In this document: positions 1 to 8,248 of the stretch, in pieces
Numbering within the stretch: position 1 is the stretch's first letter
Layout of the letters: each line of letters starts with the position of its first letter
NCBI GenBank assembly: GCA_947177225.1
Contig: CAMWTS010000007.1
Location: forward strand, 2,778-66,777
Length of the DNA stretch: 64,000 bases
Reading direction: 5' to 3'
Source: an uncultured Alistipes sp.
GTDB taxonomy: Bacteria; Bacteroidota; Bacteroidia; Bacteroidales; Rikenellaceae
The notes under the pieces: generated by a model
What the model saw: the letters and a program-made list of their open reading frames with translations, nothing else
Told to the model about the DNA's origin: nothing
The model's database searches: none
Made by a program: the position numbers and the translations under genes

Positions 1-264
1 GCGATAGACCGTCTGTCTATCCTGGCATTGAAGATATATCATATGCACGAGGAGGTTATCCGCAAGGACGTCGACCTGGCTCATATCGAAGCGTGCCGCA
101 AGAAGCTCGATACGCTGCTTTCGCAGCAGGTCGATCTGTCGACAGCCATCGAGGAGCTTATCGAAGATATCGAAGCCGGCCGCAAGTACATGAAGACATA
201 CAAGCAGATGAAGATGTACAACGATCCTTCGCTCAACCCCGTGCTCTATGGCAATAAGCAGTAG
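1..264 (+). CDS. DUF4254-like protein, 5'-truncated by the window edge
   Basis: Frame is open from base 1 (AIDRLSILALKIYHMHEE...KTYKQMKMYNDPSLNPVLY). The C-terminus resembles the DUF4254 proteins that precede GT9 genes in Bacteroidetes. Confidence 0.65.
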   Translation, partial: AIDRLSILALKIYHMHEEVIRKDVDLAHIEACRKKLDTLLSQQVDLSTAIEELIEDIEAGRKYMKTYKQMKMYNDPSLNPVLYGNKQ

Positions 265-1279
265 GCGGTTGCCGCGTCATATACTTCTGGTGCGTTTGTC
301 GGCATTGGGCGATGTTGCGATGTTGCCTCATGCCGTGCGCGCTTTTCAACAGGCCTATCCCGATGTGCGCGTCACGGTGTTGACGCGACCGTTTCTTCGT
401 CCTCTGTTCGACGGTGCAGATGTCGATTTTCTGATGGCCGACACGCAGGGCGAGCACAAGGGCATAAAGGGCATATGGCGTCTGTCGCGCGAGGTGAAGG
501 CTCTCGGCGTCGATGCCATAGCCGATACTCACGGCGTGTTGCGTTCGCGTCTGTTGTGCATGTTCGCAAGAGTGCGCGGCATTCGCTTTCGCGGCATACG
601 CAAAGGCCATGTCGAGAAGTGGTTTCGTATGGGGTATAGCCGTGACGGAGCCATTCCGCTGAAACATACGGTGGTGCGTTATTGCGATGCGATACGTCGG
701 CTGGGATTTCGCTTCGCCGATCCTCTGCCGCCCGTTAAGCCTGCGCTGGCAAACCCTATGGGTGAGAAGCGCGGTGTTTGGGTAGGCTTCGCGCCATTTT
801 CGGCGCACGACGGCAAGACCTATCCTGCCGATATGCGTGAGGAGTTGGTAGCACTGCTGAGCAGTCGTTATGATCGCGTGTTTATCCATAGCGGCGGCGG
901 TCAGGAGGCGGCGTTCGCCGAGCAGATGGAGCGTCTCTATCCTAATGTGACGGCATTGTGGGGCAAGGTGAAACTCTCGCAGGAGCGCGATCTCATATCG
1001 CATCTGGATTGTGTCGTGTCGATGGATTCGCTGGTGATGCACATGGCCTCTCTCGTTGCCACACCTGTGGTCTCGATATGGGGTGCAACGCATCACGAGT
1101 TCGGTTTCCTCGGCTACGGCTGCGATACTGAGGGTATCTTGGAGGAGGACATGCCGTGCCGCCCGTGTTCGGTCTACGGCAATCGCAAATGCAAATACGG
1201 CGACTATCGTTGCCTTCGCGCCATAACGCCGGAGATGGTTGCCGACAGAGTGGAGACCATATTGGCAAAGAACAGATAA
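248..1279 (+). CDS. Glycosyltransferase family 9 (ADP-heptose:LPS heptosyltransferase-like)
   Basis: ILLVRLSALGDVA N-terminus, DSLVMHMA, PVVSIWGAT and CRPCSVYGNRKC are typical GT9 motifs. Confidence 0.9.
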   Translation: MAISSRRLPRHILLVRLSALGDVAMLPHAVRAFQQAYPDVRVTVLTRPFLRPLFDGADVDFLMADTQGEHKGIKGIWRLSREVKALGVDAIADTHGVLRSRLLCMFARVRGIRFRGIRKGHVEKWFRMGYSRDGAIPLKHTVVRYCDAIRRLGFRFADPLPPVKPALANPMGEKRGVWVGFAPFSAHDGKTYPADMREELVALLSSRYDRVFIHSGGGQEAAFAEQMERLYPNVTALWGKVKLSQERDLISHLDCVVSMDSLVMHMASLVATPVVSIWGATHHEFGFLGYGCDTEGILEEDMPCRPCSVYGNRKCKYGDYRCLRAITPEMVADRVETILAKNR

Positions 1280-1304
1280 TCGGTACGCAAAACGATATAA
1301 ACGA

Positions 1305-1335
1305 CAAGGCGTCATCTCCCGAAGATGACGCCTTG
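1305..1335. terminator. Hairpin between convergent GT9 and nfnB genes
   Basis: 13-bp perfect inverted repeat caaggcgtcatct/agatgacgccttg. Confidence 0.7.
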
Positions 1336-1363
1336 CGCTTTTCGGCCGGTGCTGTACCGACAG

Positions 1364-2752
1364 TTATTTCCCTTTGATGTATTCGTCGATGGCCTTGGCC
1401 GAACGACGTCCGGCACCCATGGCAAGGATTACCGTTGCGGCACCCGTTACAGTGTCGCCGCCGGCAAAGACGCCCTTGCATGAGGTCGCGCCGTTGTCGT
1501 CGGCCTCGATGCAGCCGCGACGGTTGACCGCAAGTCCCTCTGTTGTCGATGCTATTAGCGGATTGGGCGATGTGCCCAGTGCCATTATTACCACGTCGCA
1601 ATCGATCTCGAAATCCGAGCCTTCGACCACTACGGGCGAGCGTCGTCCGCTTTGATCGGGCTCGCCGAGTGTCATCTGCACGCAGCTTATGCCTTTCACC
1701 CAACCGTTGTCGTCGGCAAGAATGCGCGTGGGGTTGGTCAGCATGCGAAACTCTATGCCCTCCTCGCGGGCGTGGTGCACCTCCTCGACGCGTGCCGGCA
1801 ACTCGGCCTCGCTGCGTCGGTAGACTATGACGGCCTCCGCTCCCAGGCGCTTGGCTGTGCGCACTGCGTCCATGGCCACATTGCCGCCGCCTACGACCAC
1901 CACTTTGCGGCCTACGTAAACCGGAGTGTCGGAGGTCGAAGGATCGTATGCTCCCATCAGGTTGACGCGCGTGAGGAACTCGTTGGCCGAGAATACGCCG
2001 TTGAGGTTTTCGCCCTCGATGCCCATGAAGCGCGGCAGACCTGCGCCCGAGCCGACGAATACGGCGTCGTAGCCCTCGTTGTCGAGAAGCTCGTCGATGG
2101 TGAGTGTGCGTCCTATGATAACGTCGGTCTCGAACTCCACGCCGAGCCGGCGCAATGAGTCGATCTCGCGCTCGACGATCTTATGTTTCGGCAGTCGGAA
2201 CTCGGGTATGCCGTATACCAGCACACCGCCCAGCTTGTGCAATGCCTCGAATACTTTCACTTTGTAGCCCATGGCAGCCAGGTCGCCGGCACATGCCAGT
2301 CCCGACGGACCGCTGCCCACTACGGCCACCTTGCGGCCGTTCCACTGCGGAATATCGATCTGTGTCTGTGTCTGGGCGATCTTCCAGTCGCCGACGTAGC
2401 GTTCGAGTTTGCCTATGGCCACCGGCTCGCTCTTTATGCCCAATATGCACGATCCTTCGCACTGCGTCTCCTGCGGGCATACGCGGCCGCATATGCTCGG
2501 CAGCAGCGAGTCGCGCGATATGATTCGGGCTGCGGCAGCCTCGTCGCCGCTCGCGAGTGCAGAGATGAAATCGGGTATGGCAATGCCTACGGGGCACGCC
2601 GCCACGCATCGCGGATTCTTGCAATTCAGGCATCGGCTGGCTTCGAGCAGCGCCTCTTCGCGGTCGTAGCCGTAACAAACCTCTTCGAAATTGGCCGCTC
2701 TCTTTGCGGGATCTTGTTCACGCACGGCCACGCGTGCTATCTTATTCGCCAT
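1364..2752 (-). CDS. nfnB: NADPH-dependent glutamate synthase beta-chain-like flavoprotein (GltA/GltD family), the NfnB subunit of NfnAB
   Basis: CLNCKNPRCVAACP and GRVCPQETQCEGSC Fe-S motifs, GSGPSG and GGGNVA Rossmann motifs, FAGGD. Likely start MANKI at 2752 overlaps the nfnA stop. Confidence 0.85.
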   Translation of the reverse strand: MANKIARVAVREQDPAKRAANFEEVCYGYDREEALLEASRCLNCKNPRCVAACPVGIAIPDFISALASGDEAAAARIISRDSLLPSICGRVCPQETQCEGSCILGIKSEPVAIGKLERYVGDWKIAQTQTQIDIPQWNGRKVAVVGSGPSGLACAGDLAAMGYKVKVFEALHKLGGVLVYGIPEFRLPKHKIVEREIDSLRRLGVEFETDVIIGRTLTIDELLDNEGYDAVFVGSGAGLPRFMGIEGENLNGVFSANEFLTRVNLMGAYDPSTSDTPVYVGRKVVVVGGGNVAMDAVRTAKRLGAEAVIVYRRSEAELPARVEEVHHAREEGIEFRMLTNPTRILADDNGWVKGISCVQMTLGEPDQSGRRSPVVVEGSDFEIDCDVVIMALGTSPNPLIASTTEGLAVNRRGCIEADDNGATSCKGVFAGGDTVTGAATVILAMGAGRRSAKAIDEYIKGK

Positions 2753-3602
2753 AACAGTTGCATTTATGTCTCTCCAATGCGCTCTTTTCCTGTGTGCGAT
2801 ACATCGACTGGCGGCGCATGGCCTCGTCGAAATCGACTTCATAACCGTTGAACTCGGGGCCGTCGACGCATGTGAAGAGTGTGCGTCCGCCTACGCTCAC
2901 ACGGCATGCTCCGCACATGCCGGTGCCGTCGACCATCAGTGCGTTGAGCGATACGGTCACAGGCAGCGAATAGTTGCGTGCGGTGAGTGTTACGAACTTC
3001 ATCATTATCATCGGTCCTATGGCCACGCACTCGTCGTAGTGCTCGCCGCGCTCCTCTATAAGATCCTTCATGACGGCTGTTACCATACCCTTGAAGCCCT
3101 CCGATCCGTCGTCGGTAGCTATGTAGAGGTTGGTGGCCACACGCCGCATGTCGTCGGTGTAGATGAGCATGTCCCGTGTCTTGGCACCTATTATGACATC
3201 GCACTGCACGCCGTGCTCCGAGAGCCACTTGACCTGCGGATAGACGGGCGCCGTGCCAACGCCGCCGGCAACGAACAGATAACGGCGGCGGCGCAACTCC
3301 TCGATGGGCATGCGGACGAACTCCGAAGGTTGCCCGAGCGGTCCGGCGAAGTCGGCAAGACATTCGCCCACGCCCAAGGAGCATATCTTTTGCGTCGATA
3401 CGCCGATGGTTTGGGTTACGATGGTGACGCTCCCTTCATGGGTGTCGTAGTCGGCGATGGTGAGCGGAATGCGCTCTCCGCCCTCATCGGCGCGCACGAT
3501 GACGAACTGACCCGGCAGGGCTGCCCGTGCCACTCGCGGCGCAGACACACGCATAAGGCAGATACTGTCGGCCAGTATGCGTTTCTCTAAAATCTCAAAC
3601 AT
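2742..3602 (-). CDS. nfnA: Sulfide/dihydroorotate dehydrogenase-like FAD/NAD-binding protein (NfnA)
   Basis: PGQFVIV, ERIPLTIAD, GGVGTAP and MVDGTGMCGACRV...CVDGPEF ([2Fe-2S]) motifs; lies directly upstream of the GltA-like gene. Confidence 0.85.
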   Translation of the reverse strand: MFEILEKRILADSICLMRVSAPRVARAALPGQFVIVRADEGGERIPLTIADYDTHEGSVTIVTQTIGVSTQKICSLGVGECLADFAGPLGQPSEFVRMPIEELRRRRYLFVAGGVGTAPVYPQVKWLSEHGVQCDVIIGAKTRDMLIYTDDMRRVATNLYIATDDGSEGFKGMVTAVMKDLIEERGEHYDECVAIGPMIMMKFVTLTARNYSLPVTVSLNALMVDGTGMCGACRVSVGGRTLFTCVDGPEFNGYEVDFDEAMRRQSMYRTQEKSALERHKCNCYGE

Positions 3603-3640
3603 TTCAAATTTTTCGTTTCAAATATCTTTTTTGTTCCTCA

Positions 3641-4732
3641 CTATTTAAGTATAGCGTTGACCCTCAGCGTCTGCATCGGGTGTTTAGGATCGTCGGTTAT
3701 CAGAAACAGGCGTGCCACATACGCTCCGTCGCATCCGACTTTCGATGGCGAGAACTCCACCGTGAAGAGTCGGCTCTGCCCCGGGGCGATGGTCGTATCG
3801 TTGTCGATGACGCATCTGATGGCATCGCTGTTGACCTCGGCCTTGCGTATGGTCAGCGGTGTCTGCCCCGTGTTGCGCACCTCGAACGAGCGACGTTCGG
3901 GGCGGCCTGCACGATTTACCTCACCAAATTTAATAATATTTATCGGAATCTCTATGCTCGGAGCCGAAATATCGTCCGTATCGTCGAAATTATCTACCGC
4001 TATGGCATGCGTCGAGAGCAGTGTCTGCGACGGGGTGCCGTCGACGATGACGCGAAGTACGTCCTCCAAGGTACCGTATCGCGAGCTGTTTTCGGCCAGA
4101 CGATAGCGCAGAACGATGTCGCCCGAACCGTGAGGCGCAACGGGCGTGTCATACTCCACACGCAAGGCTCCCGATACGATCGTGGGCGATATGCGTACGA
4201 CGATCGTGCGGTCGGAGTGGTTGACGTAGCCTATGCGCGTCTCGACACTTTTGCCGTGCTCGACATATGCGAATGCGTGGAAGTTGCTTTCGAGCCGCAG
4301 ACCGCCGCCCATGTCGAACGGGTATATCTCCTCGATGCTCTTCTGCCGCGGCATCACGCGTCCGGCAATGTGCAGCTTGGTATCCTTGTTCGAGTCGGAT
4401 ACTCTGACGAATATGTCGCGATCGATGCGTCCCGGGCGATTCATAGGGTCGTAGCGTATCTCCAAGTTGAATGTTTCGCCGGCGGCGATGGGCTTGCGCT
4501 CGAAATATGGGGTGGTGCAGCCGCACGAGGTCATCACCTCCAAGACTACGACCGGTTCGCTGCCGGTGTTGCGAGCCTGGAACAGGGCGGCGACCGCACC
4601 GCCGTCCTCTTTGATGTCTCCGTAGTCGAAAGTCGTCTGCGAGAATTGCAGTTTGCTTTGCGCGGCAAGTCTCGGTTGCGGTATTGCCACGATGCCTAAA
4701 AGGCATATTATATATGGTATAAATCGTTTCAT
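3641..4732 (-). CDS. DUF1573 repeat (Ig-like) exported protein
   Basis: Signal peptide; FDYGDI...NTGSEPVVV...TSCGCT...IAAGE and FGEV...NTGQTPLTI...IAPGQS are DUF1573-like repeats. Confidence 0.8.
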   Translation of the reverse strand: MKRFIPYIICLLGIVAIPQPRLAAQSKLQFSQTTFDYGDIKEDGGAVAALFQARNTGSEPVVVLEVMTSCGCTTPYFERKPIAAGETFNLEIRYDPMNRPGRIDRDIFVRVSDSNKDTKLHIAGRVMPRQKSIEEIYPFDMGGGLRLESNFHAFAYVEHGKSVETRIGYVNHSDRTIVVRISPTIVSGALRVEYDTPVAPHGSGDIVLRYRLAENSSRYGTLEDVLRVIVDGTPSQTLLSTHAIAVDNFDDTDDISAPSIEIPINIIKFGEVNRAGRPERRSFEVRNTGQTPLTIRKAEVNSDAIRCVIDNDTTIAPGQSRLFTVEFSPSKVGCDGAYVARLFLITDDPKHPMQTLRVNAILK

Positions 4733-4818
4733 CGACTACAAAGTTACATTAAACTTATATTTTTTGATGTTTTTTGTAATTTTTTTGTGAAAAATTTTGC
4801 AGATTAAAAAATATGCCC

Positions 4819-4826
4819 TATATTTG
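4819..4826 (+). promoter_or_regulatory. Bacteroidetes -7 promoter box for tRNA-Asn
   Basis: TATATTTG matches TAnnTTTG, about 30 nt upstream of the tRNA. Confidence 0.7.
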
Positions 4827-4856
4827 CACTCCGAAAACGATAAGGTTCTTTCAAAT

Positions 4857-4930
4857 GCCTGAATAGCTCAGTTGGTTAGAGCACATGACTGTTAATCATG
4901 GGGTCCTAGGTTCAAGTCCTTGTTCAGGCG
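4857..4930 (+). tRNA. tRNA-Asn(GTT)
   Basis: Cloverleaf: GCCTGAA/TTCAGGC acceptor, CATGA-CT GTT AA-TCATG anticodon arm, TTCAAGT T-loop; one U-U pair in the T stem. Confidence 0.95.
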
Positions 4931-5102
4931 CTTATATGCGCAGGGTTGCATTGGGTGCAATTTGCGACGAGTGCGAGGGTAGAGATATTCTTGCGGATAA
5001 TGGAAGACGCGGCCGAGCATCAGCGAAGGCTGTTTGTCGAGGCTCTTAAAAAATTATCTAAAAAAAATCGTCGAAAAATTTGCAAGTTCAAAAATTTTGA
5101 AT

Positions 5103-5110
5103 TACCTTTG
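5103..5110 (+). promoter_or_regulatory. Bacteroidetes -7 promoter box for tRNA-Val
   Basis: TACCTTTG, 23 nt upstream of the tRNA. Confidence 0.7.
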
Positions 5111-5133
5111 CAGTCCCAAAGCATATGAAAAAC

Positions 5134-5208
5134 GGGAGCTTAGCTCAGCTGGTTCAGAGCGTCTGCCTTACAAGCAGAGGGTCGGGGGTTCGAATCCCTC
5201 AGCTCCCA
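5134..5208 (+). tRNA. tRNA-Val(TAC)
   Basis: GGGAGCT/AGCTCCC acceptor, TCTGC-CT TAC AA-GCAGA anticodon arm, TTCGAAT T-loop. Confidence 0.96.
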
Positions 5209-5684
5209 CACTTAAACGGAAACGATTGAAAGCAATTTCAATCGTTTTTTTTGTTTTGTGTCCGTCACAATCGAGCTTGTTCCGTCCTCAAATCAAAAAA
5301 TACGCCTTGTTTCACTCGGCTTTCCGTTGGGGCAGCGAGCTATTCGAAATAGTATCTGGGTTGCGAGAATGATATATGTTTTTATTTCAGCGGTATTCTC
5401 GCTACGGCTTCGCCGTTCGAATCCCTCAGCTCCCACACTTAAACGGAAACGATTGAAAGTAATTTCAATCGTTTTTTTGTTTTGTGTCCGTCACAATCGA
5501 GCTTGTTCCGTCCTCAAATCAAAAAATACGCCTTGTTTCACTCGGCTTTCCGTTGGGGCAGCGAGCTATTCGAAATAGTATCTGGGTTGCGAGAATGATA
5601 TATGTTTTTATTTCAGCGGTATTCTCGCTACGGCTTCGCCGTTCGAATCTCTCAGCTCCCACACTTAAACGGAAACGATTGAAA
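5188..5684 (+). repeat. Tandem ~227-bp repeat (2 full copies plus a 44-bp partial), each starting with the tRNA-Val 3' end
   Basis: Units start at 5188, 5415 and 5641 with gttcgaatc(c/t)ctcagctcccacacttaaacggaaacgattgaaa. Copies differ by a few bases (gcaa/gtaa loop, T8/T7). Confidence 0.92.
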
Positions 5685-5827
5685 TTGTGCATTGCGCGAA
5701 ACGAAGTATCGACGAGCGTTGTGCGCGATGCCGGTCGGGCAACGAGGGGTTAATGCCGGATATGTGGTTTGATGCAGCCTGCAAATTCGGACAGATACGC
5801 AAGTATGCCGTTATGGGCGGGCGTCGT

Positions 5828-6469
5828 CTACAAACGTCCGATGTTTAAGATGTCGACCGAAGGAGCCGTGCCGAGCGGGAGCATGGCGTTGACAAGATAT
5901 GCTCGGGTTATTCCGTATCGGTTGCCGGGCAGTATGTCGTCGGGTGTGAGATCGGCAGGGATTACACGTCCGCTTTCGATCAGATGGGTTGCCATTACGC
6001 CGCGAAGCAGCGGTCGCGAAGGGGTGAGCAGTTTGTCGCCCGCTTGAAAGACAAGATTGGAATAGGTTGTATCCGTGACCAGTCCGTCTTTGACTATTAT
6101 CACTGCGTCGGCACTGCCGCGCCGCTCTGCCAGAAGATCGAGCGTGGTGCGGTCGGAGAATTTAAGATGGTAGTCGATCGTTCCGCCGTCGACGAGTTGC
6201 AACGATTCGACTCTTTTGGGCGTATAAGGTTCGAACTCTACGGAACGTATGGCAATATCGTATGTTATGCGGCATTTTACGGTCATGCCGCGCATATTCT
6301 CAGGTACGGGCGCGAGCCAGTCGCCGATATCTTCGCACGATGTGCCGTACAGTTCGCGGCATGTGCGCTCCATGCGCTGACGGTGCAACCCGATCAGATG
6401 ATATCGCCCCTGGCACCATCTGACGGTCTCGATACATGACGGTTGCAGAGCTGTCATAGCGGCAGGCAT
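5828..6469 (-). CDS. pabC: Aminotransferase class IV family, probable 4-amino-4-deoxychorismate lyase
   Basis: IETVR...HRQRMERT, YHLKFSDR, VTDTTYSNLVF and LLRGVM motifs; immediately downstream of pabB. Start uncertain (6469 or 6457). Confidence 0.8.
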   Translation of the reverse strand: MPAAMTALQPSCIETVRWCQGRYHLIGLHRQRMERTCRELYGTSCEDIGDWLAPVPENMRGMTVKCRITYDIAIRSVEFEPYTPKRVESLQLVDGGTIDYHLKFSDRTTLDLLAERRGSADAVIIVKDGLVTDTTYSNLVFQAGDKLLTPSRPLLRGVMATHLIESGRVIPADLTPDDILPGNRYGITRAYLVNAMLPLGTAPSVDILNIGRL

Positions 6470-7446
6470 ACTTTGGTCAATGCTTCCCGGTACTCCTCTT
6501 CGCAGCGGCTGTTGACCGTGATACCGCCGCCGCTGTGAAAATATAATGCACCGTCATCTGCGCGCTGAATGCAGCGTATCATAACGGCAGTATCCATCGT
6601 CTTGCCGTCGAAGAGTCCGAATACGCCGGTATACCAGCCGCGCGGCGACTCTTCCGCATTGCGAATGAGCTGCACCGTCGCCTGCTTCGGCGCTCCGGTA
6701 ATGCTGCCGGCAGGCAGCAACGGCAGGATCGTGTCGCCGAAATCATACTCCCTACCCTGCGGCAGCACTCCGCTGATCTCGGAGCTGGTTTGAAGTATGG
6801 TTCTGTCGGCAGCCGATATTCGCTCCACATATCTGAACCTCTCGACTGCGACGTTTTCGGCTATCGAGTTCAGGTCGTTGCGCATGAGATCGACTATGGT
6901 GTAATGCTCGCACAGCTCTTTGTAGTCGTTCAATAACACCGACTCCGCATCATCGACCGACGCATCTATCGTCCCTTTCATCGGGAAGGTCGATATGCGG
7001 CCTCCGCTGATTCGGACGAACGGCTCCGGAGAGAAACAGACGAACTCGTCGCCGATCAATATTTTGTAGGGAGCCTTGGCTGCGACGAACAGCTCCTTCA
7101 ACGAAGAGCCGCACTCCACCTCGGTGCGCATCGTAAGATTGGTCAGAAACGAATCGCCGTGCATCAGTCCTTTCATCACCGTGTCGAACATTGTCTCGTA
7201 GTCGGCATATGCGACCTGCCTGGCAACTGAGATGTCGGGTATAGGCGCACTCTCAGACTTGTGCATTATGTTGCCTTTGCCATGTATCTCCCATAAAATA
7301 TCCCGACAGTTCGACGGATCGTCTCTGATGAATCCGTGCCGACCTTCGAAGTCGATGCCCCATATGAAAGGGGTGCCGCTGCGCCCCATGGTGTTCATGC
7401 GTTCGCGCAGCTCCTCGCGCGAGATTGTCGGGAATAGCTGTTTCAT
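6454..7446 (-). CDS. pabB: Aminodeoxychorismate synthase component I
   Basis: SPEPFV, PMKGTI, KELCEHYTIVDLMRNDL, PAGSITGAPK, GWYTGVFG and SGGGIT chorismate-binding motifs. Confidence 0.9.
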   Translation of the reverse strand: MKQLFPTISREELRERMNTMGRSGTPFIWGIDFEGRHGFIRDDPSNCRDILWEIHGKGNIMHKSESAPIPDISVARQVAYADYETMFDTVMKGLMHGDSFLTNLTMRTEVECGSSLKELFVAAKAPYKILIGDEFVCFSPEPFVRISGGRISTFPMKGTIDASVDDAESVLLNDYKELCEHYTIVDLMRNDLNSIAENVAVERFRYVERISAADRTILQTSSEISGVLPQGREYDFGDTILPLLPAGSITGAPKQATVQLIRNAEESPRGWYTGVFGLFDGKTMDTAVMIRCIQRADDGALYFHSGGGITVNSRCEEEYREALTKVCLPL

Positions 7447-7544
7447 ATCGCAAATTTATACGAAATAATCGAATGAATAGGCAATAAAGATTAAATTTGC
7501 AGACCGGAGAACGAACAAATATAAAAATAATAAGGGTATATCAC

Positions 7545-8153
7545 ATGCGACTGCTGATAATCGATAATCACGATTCGTTTGTCTACAACATCGTAGGACT
7601 GCTGAGAGATTGCATTCGGCGCGGCGAGGTGTCGTTGTCATGGACAATCGAGAAAAACGATGCCGTCTCTTTCGACCGGCTCCACGAATACGATGCGCTG
7701 ATACTCTCGCCCGGACCGGGACTCCCGTCTGAGGCCGGCTCTCTGATGAGAGTCATCGACCTTTGCGCCGGCACGAAACCCATGCTTGGAATATGTCTCG
7801 GCTGTCAGGCCATAGCGGAGTATTTCGGCGCATCGCTCCGACATCTCGACCGTCCGCGCCACGGACATCTGTCGCATTTGACCGGTATCGATTCAGACGA
7901 TGAGCTGATGGGGGTGTTTGCCGGTCGGGACGTTGCGGTGGGACGCTACCACTCGTGGGTGGTCTCCGATGAGTCATTGCCGACACAGATACTGGTGGGA
8001 GCGCGAGATGAAGAGGGCAACATAATGTCGCTTCGTCATGTGTCGCTGCCCATCTTCGGCACTCAGTTCCACCCGGAAAGCATTGTCAGCGGCTGCGGTA
8101 TCGACATCATGGAGCGATTCCTCTCGATAGTGTCGTCGCGGCAGAGGCAGTGA
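7545..8153 (+). CDS. pabA: Aminodeoxychorismate/anthranilate synthase component II (class I glutamine amidotransferase)
   Basis: IIDNHDSFVYN, LSPGPGLP, LGICLGCQ, GRYHSWVV and QFHPESI. Start MRLLII at 7545. The pabA (rather than trpG) call rests on context. Confidence 0.8.
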   Translation: MRLLIIDNHDSFVYNIVGLLRDCIRRGEVSLSWTIEKNDAVSFDRLHEYDALILSPGPGLPSEAGSLMRVIDLCAGTKPMLGICLGCQAIAEYFGASLRHLDRPRHGHLSHLTGIDSDDELMGVFAGRDVAVGRYHSWVVSDESLPTQILVGARDEEGNIMSLRHVSLPIFGTQFHPESIVSGCGIDIMERFLSIVSSRQRQ

Positions 8154-8191
8154 GCAATCCGAGTGAGGCATATCCGCCGGTTGAGGCGTAT

Positions 8192-8224
8192 GAATAAGGC
8201 AGGTCGGAAAGGCCTGCCTTATTC
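8192..8224. terminator. Hairpin between convergent pabA and beta-galactosidase genes
   Basis: 12-bp inverted repeat gaataaggcagg/cctgccttattc. Confidence 0.7.
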
Positions 8225-8248
8225 GTCATTCGTGATGCGGCTCTTCCG

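Noticed and set aside
4906-4922. U-U mismatch in the tRNA-Asn T stem as a sign of pseudogenisation
   Set aside because: All other arms are intact and a promoter is present; single mismatches are tolerated.
5188-5684. CRISPR array interpretation of the tRNA-Val repeats
   Set aside because: Whole 227-bp units repeat with no unique spacers, and there are no cas genes.
4946-5753. Small ORFs around the tRNAs, including duplicated MSVTIELVPSS ORFs
   Set aside because: By-products of tRNA and repeat sequence; no protein-like features, and the copies end differently.
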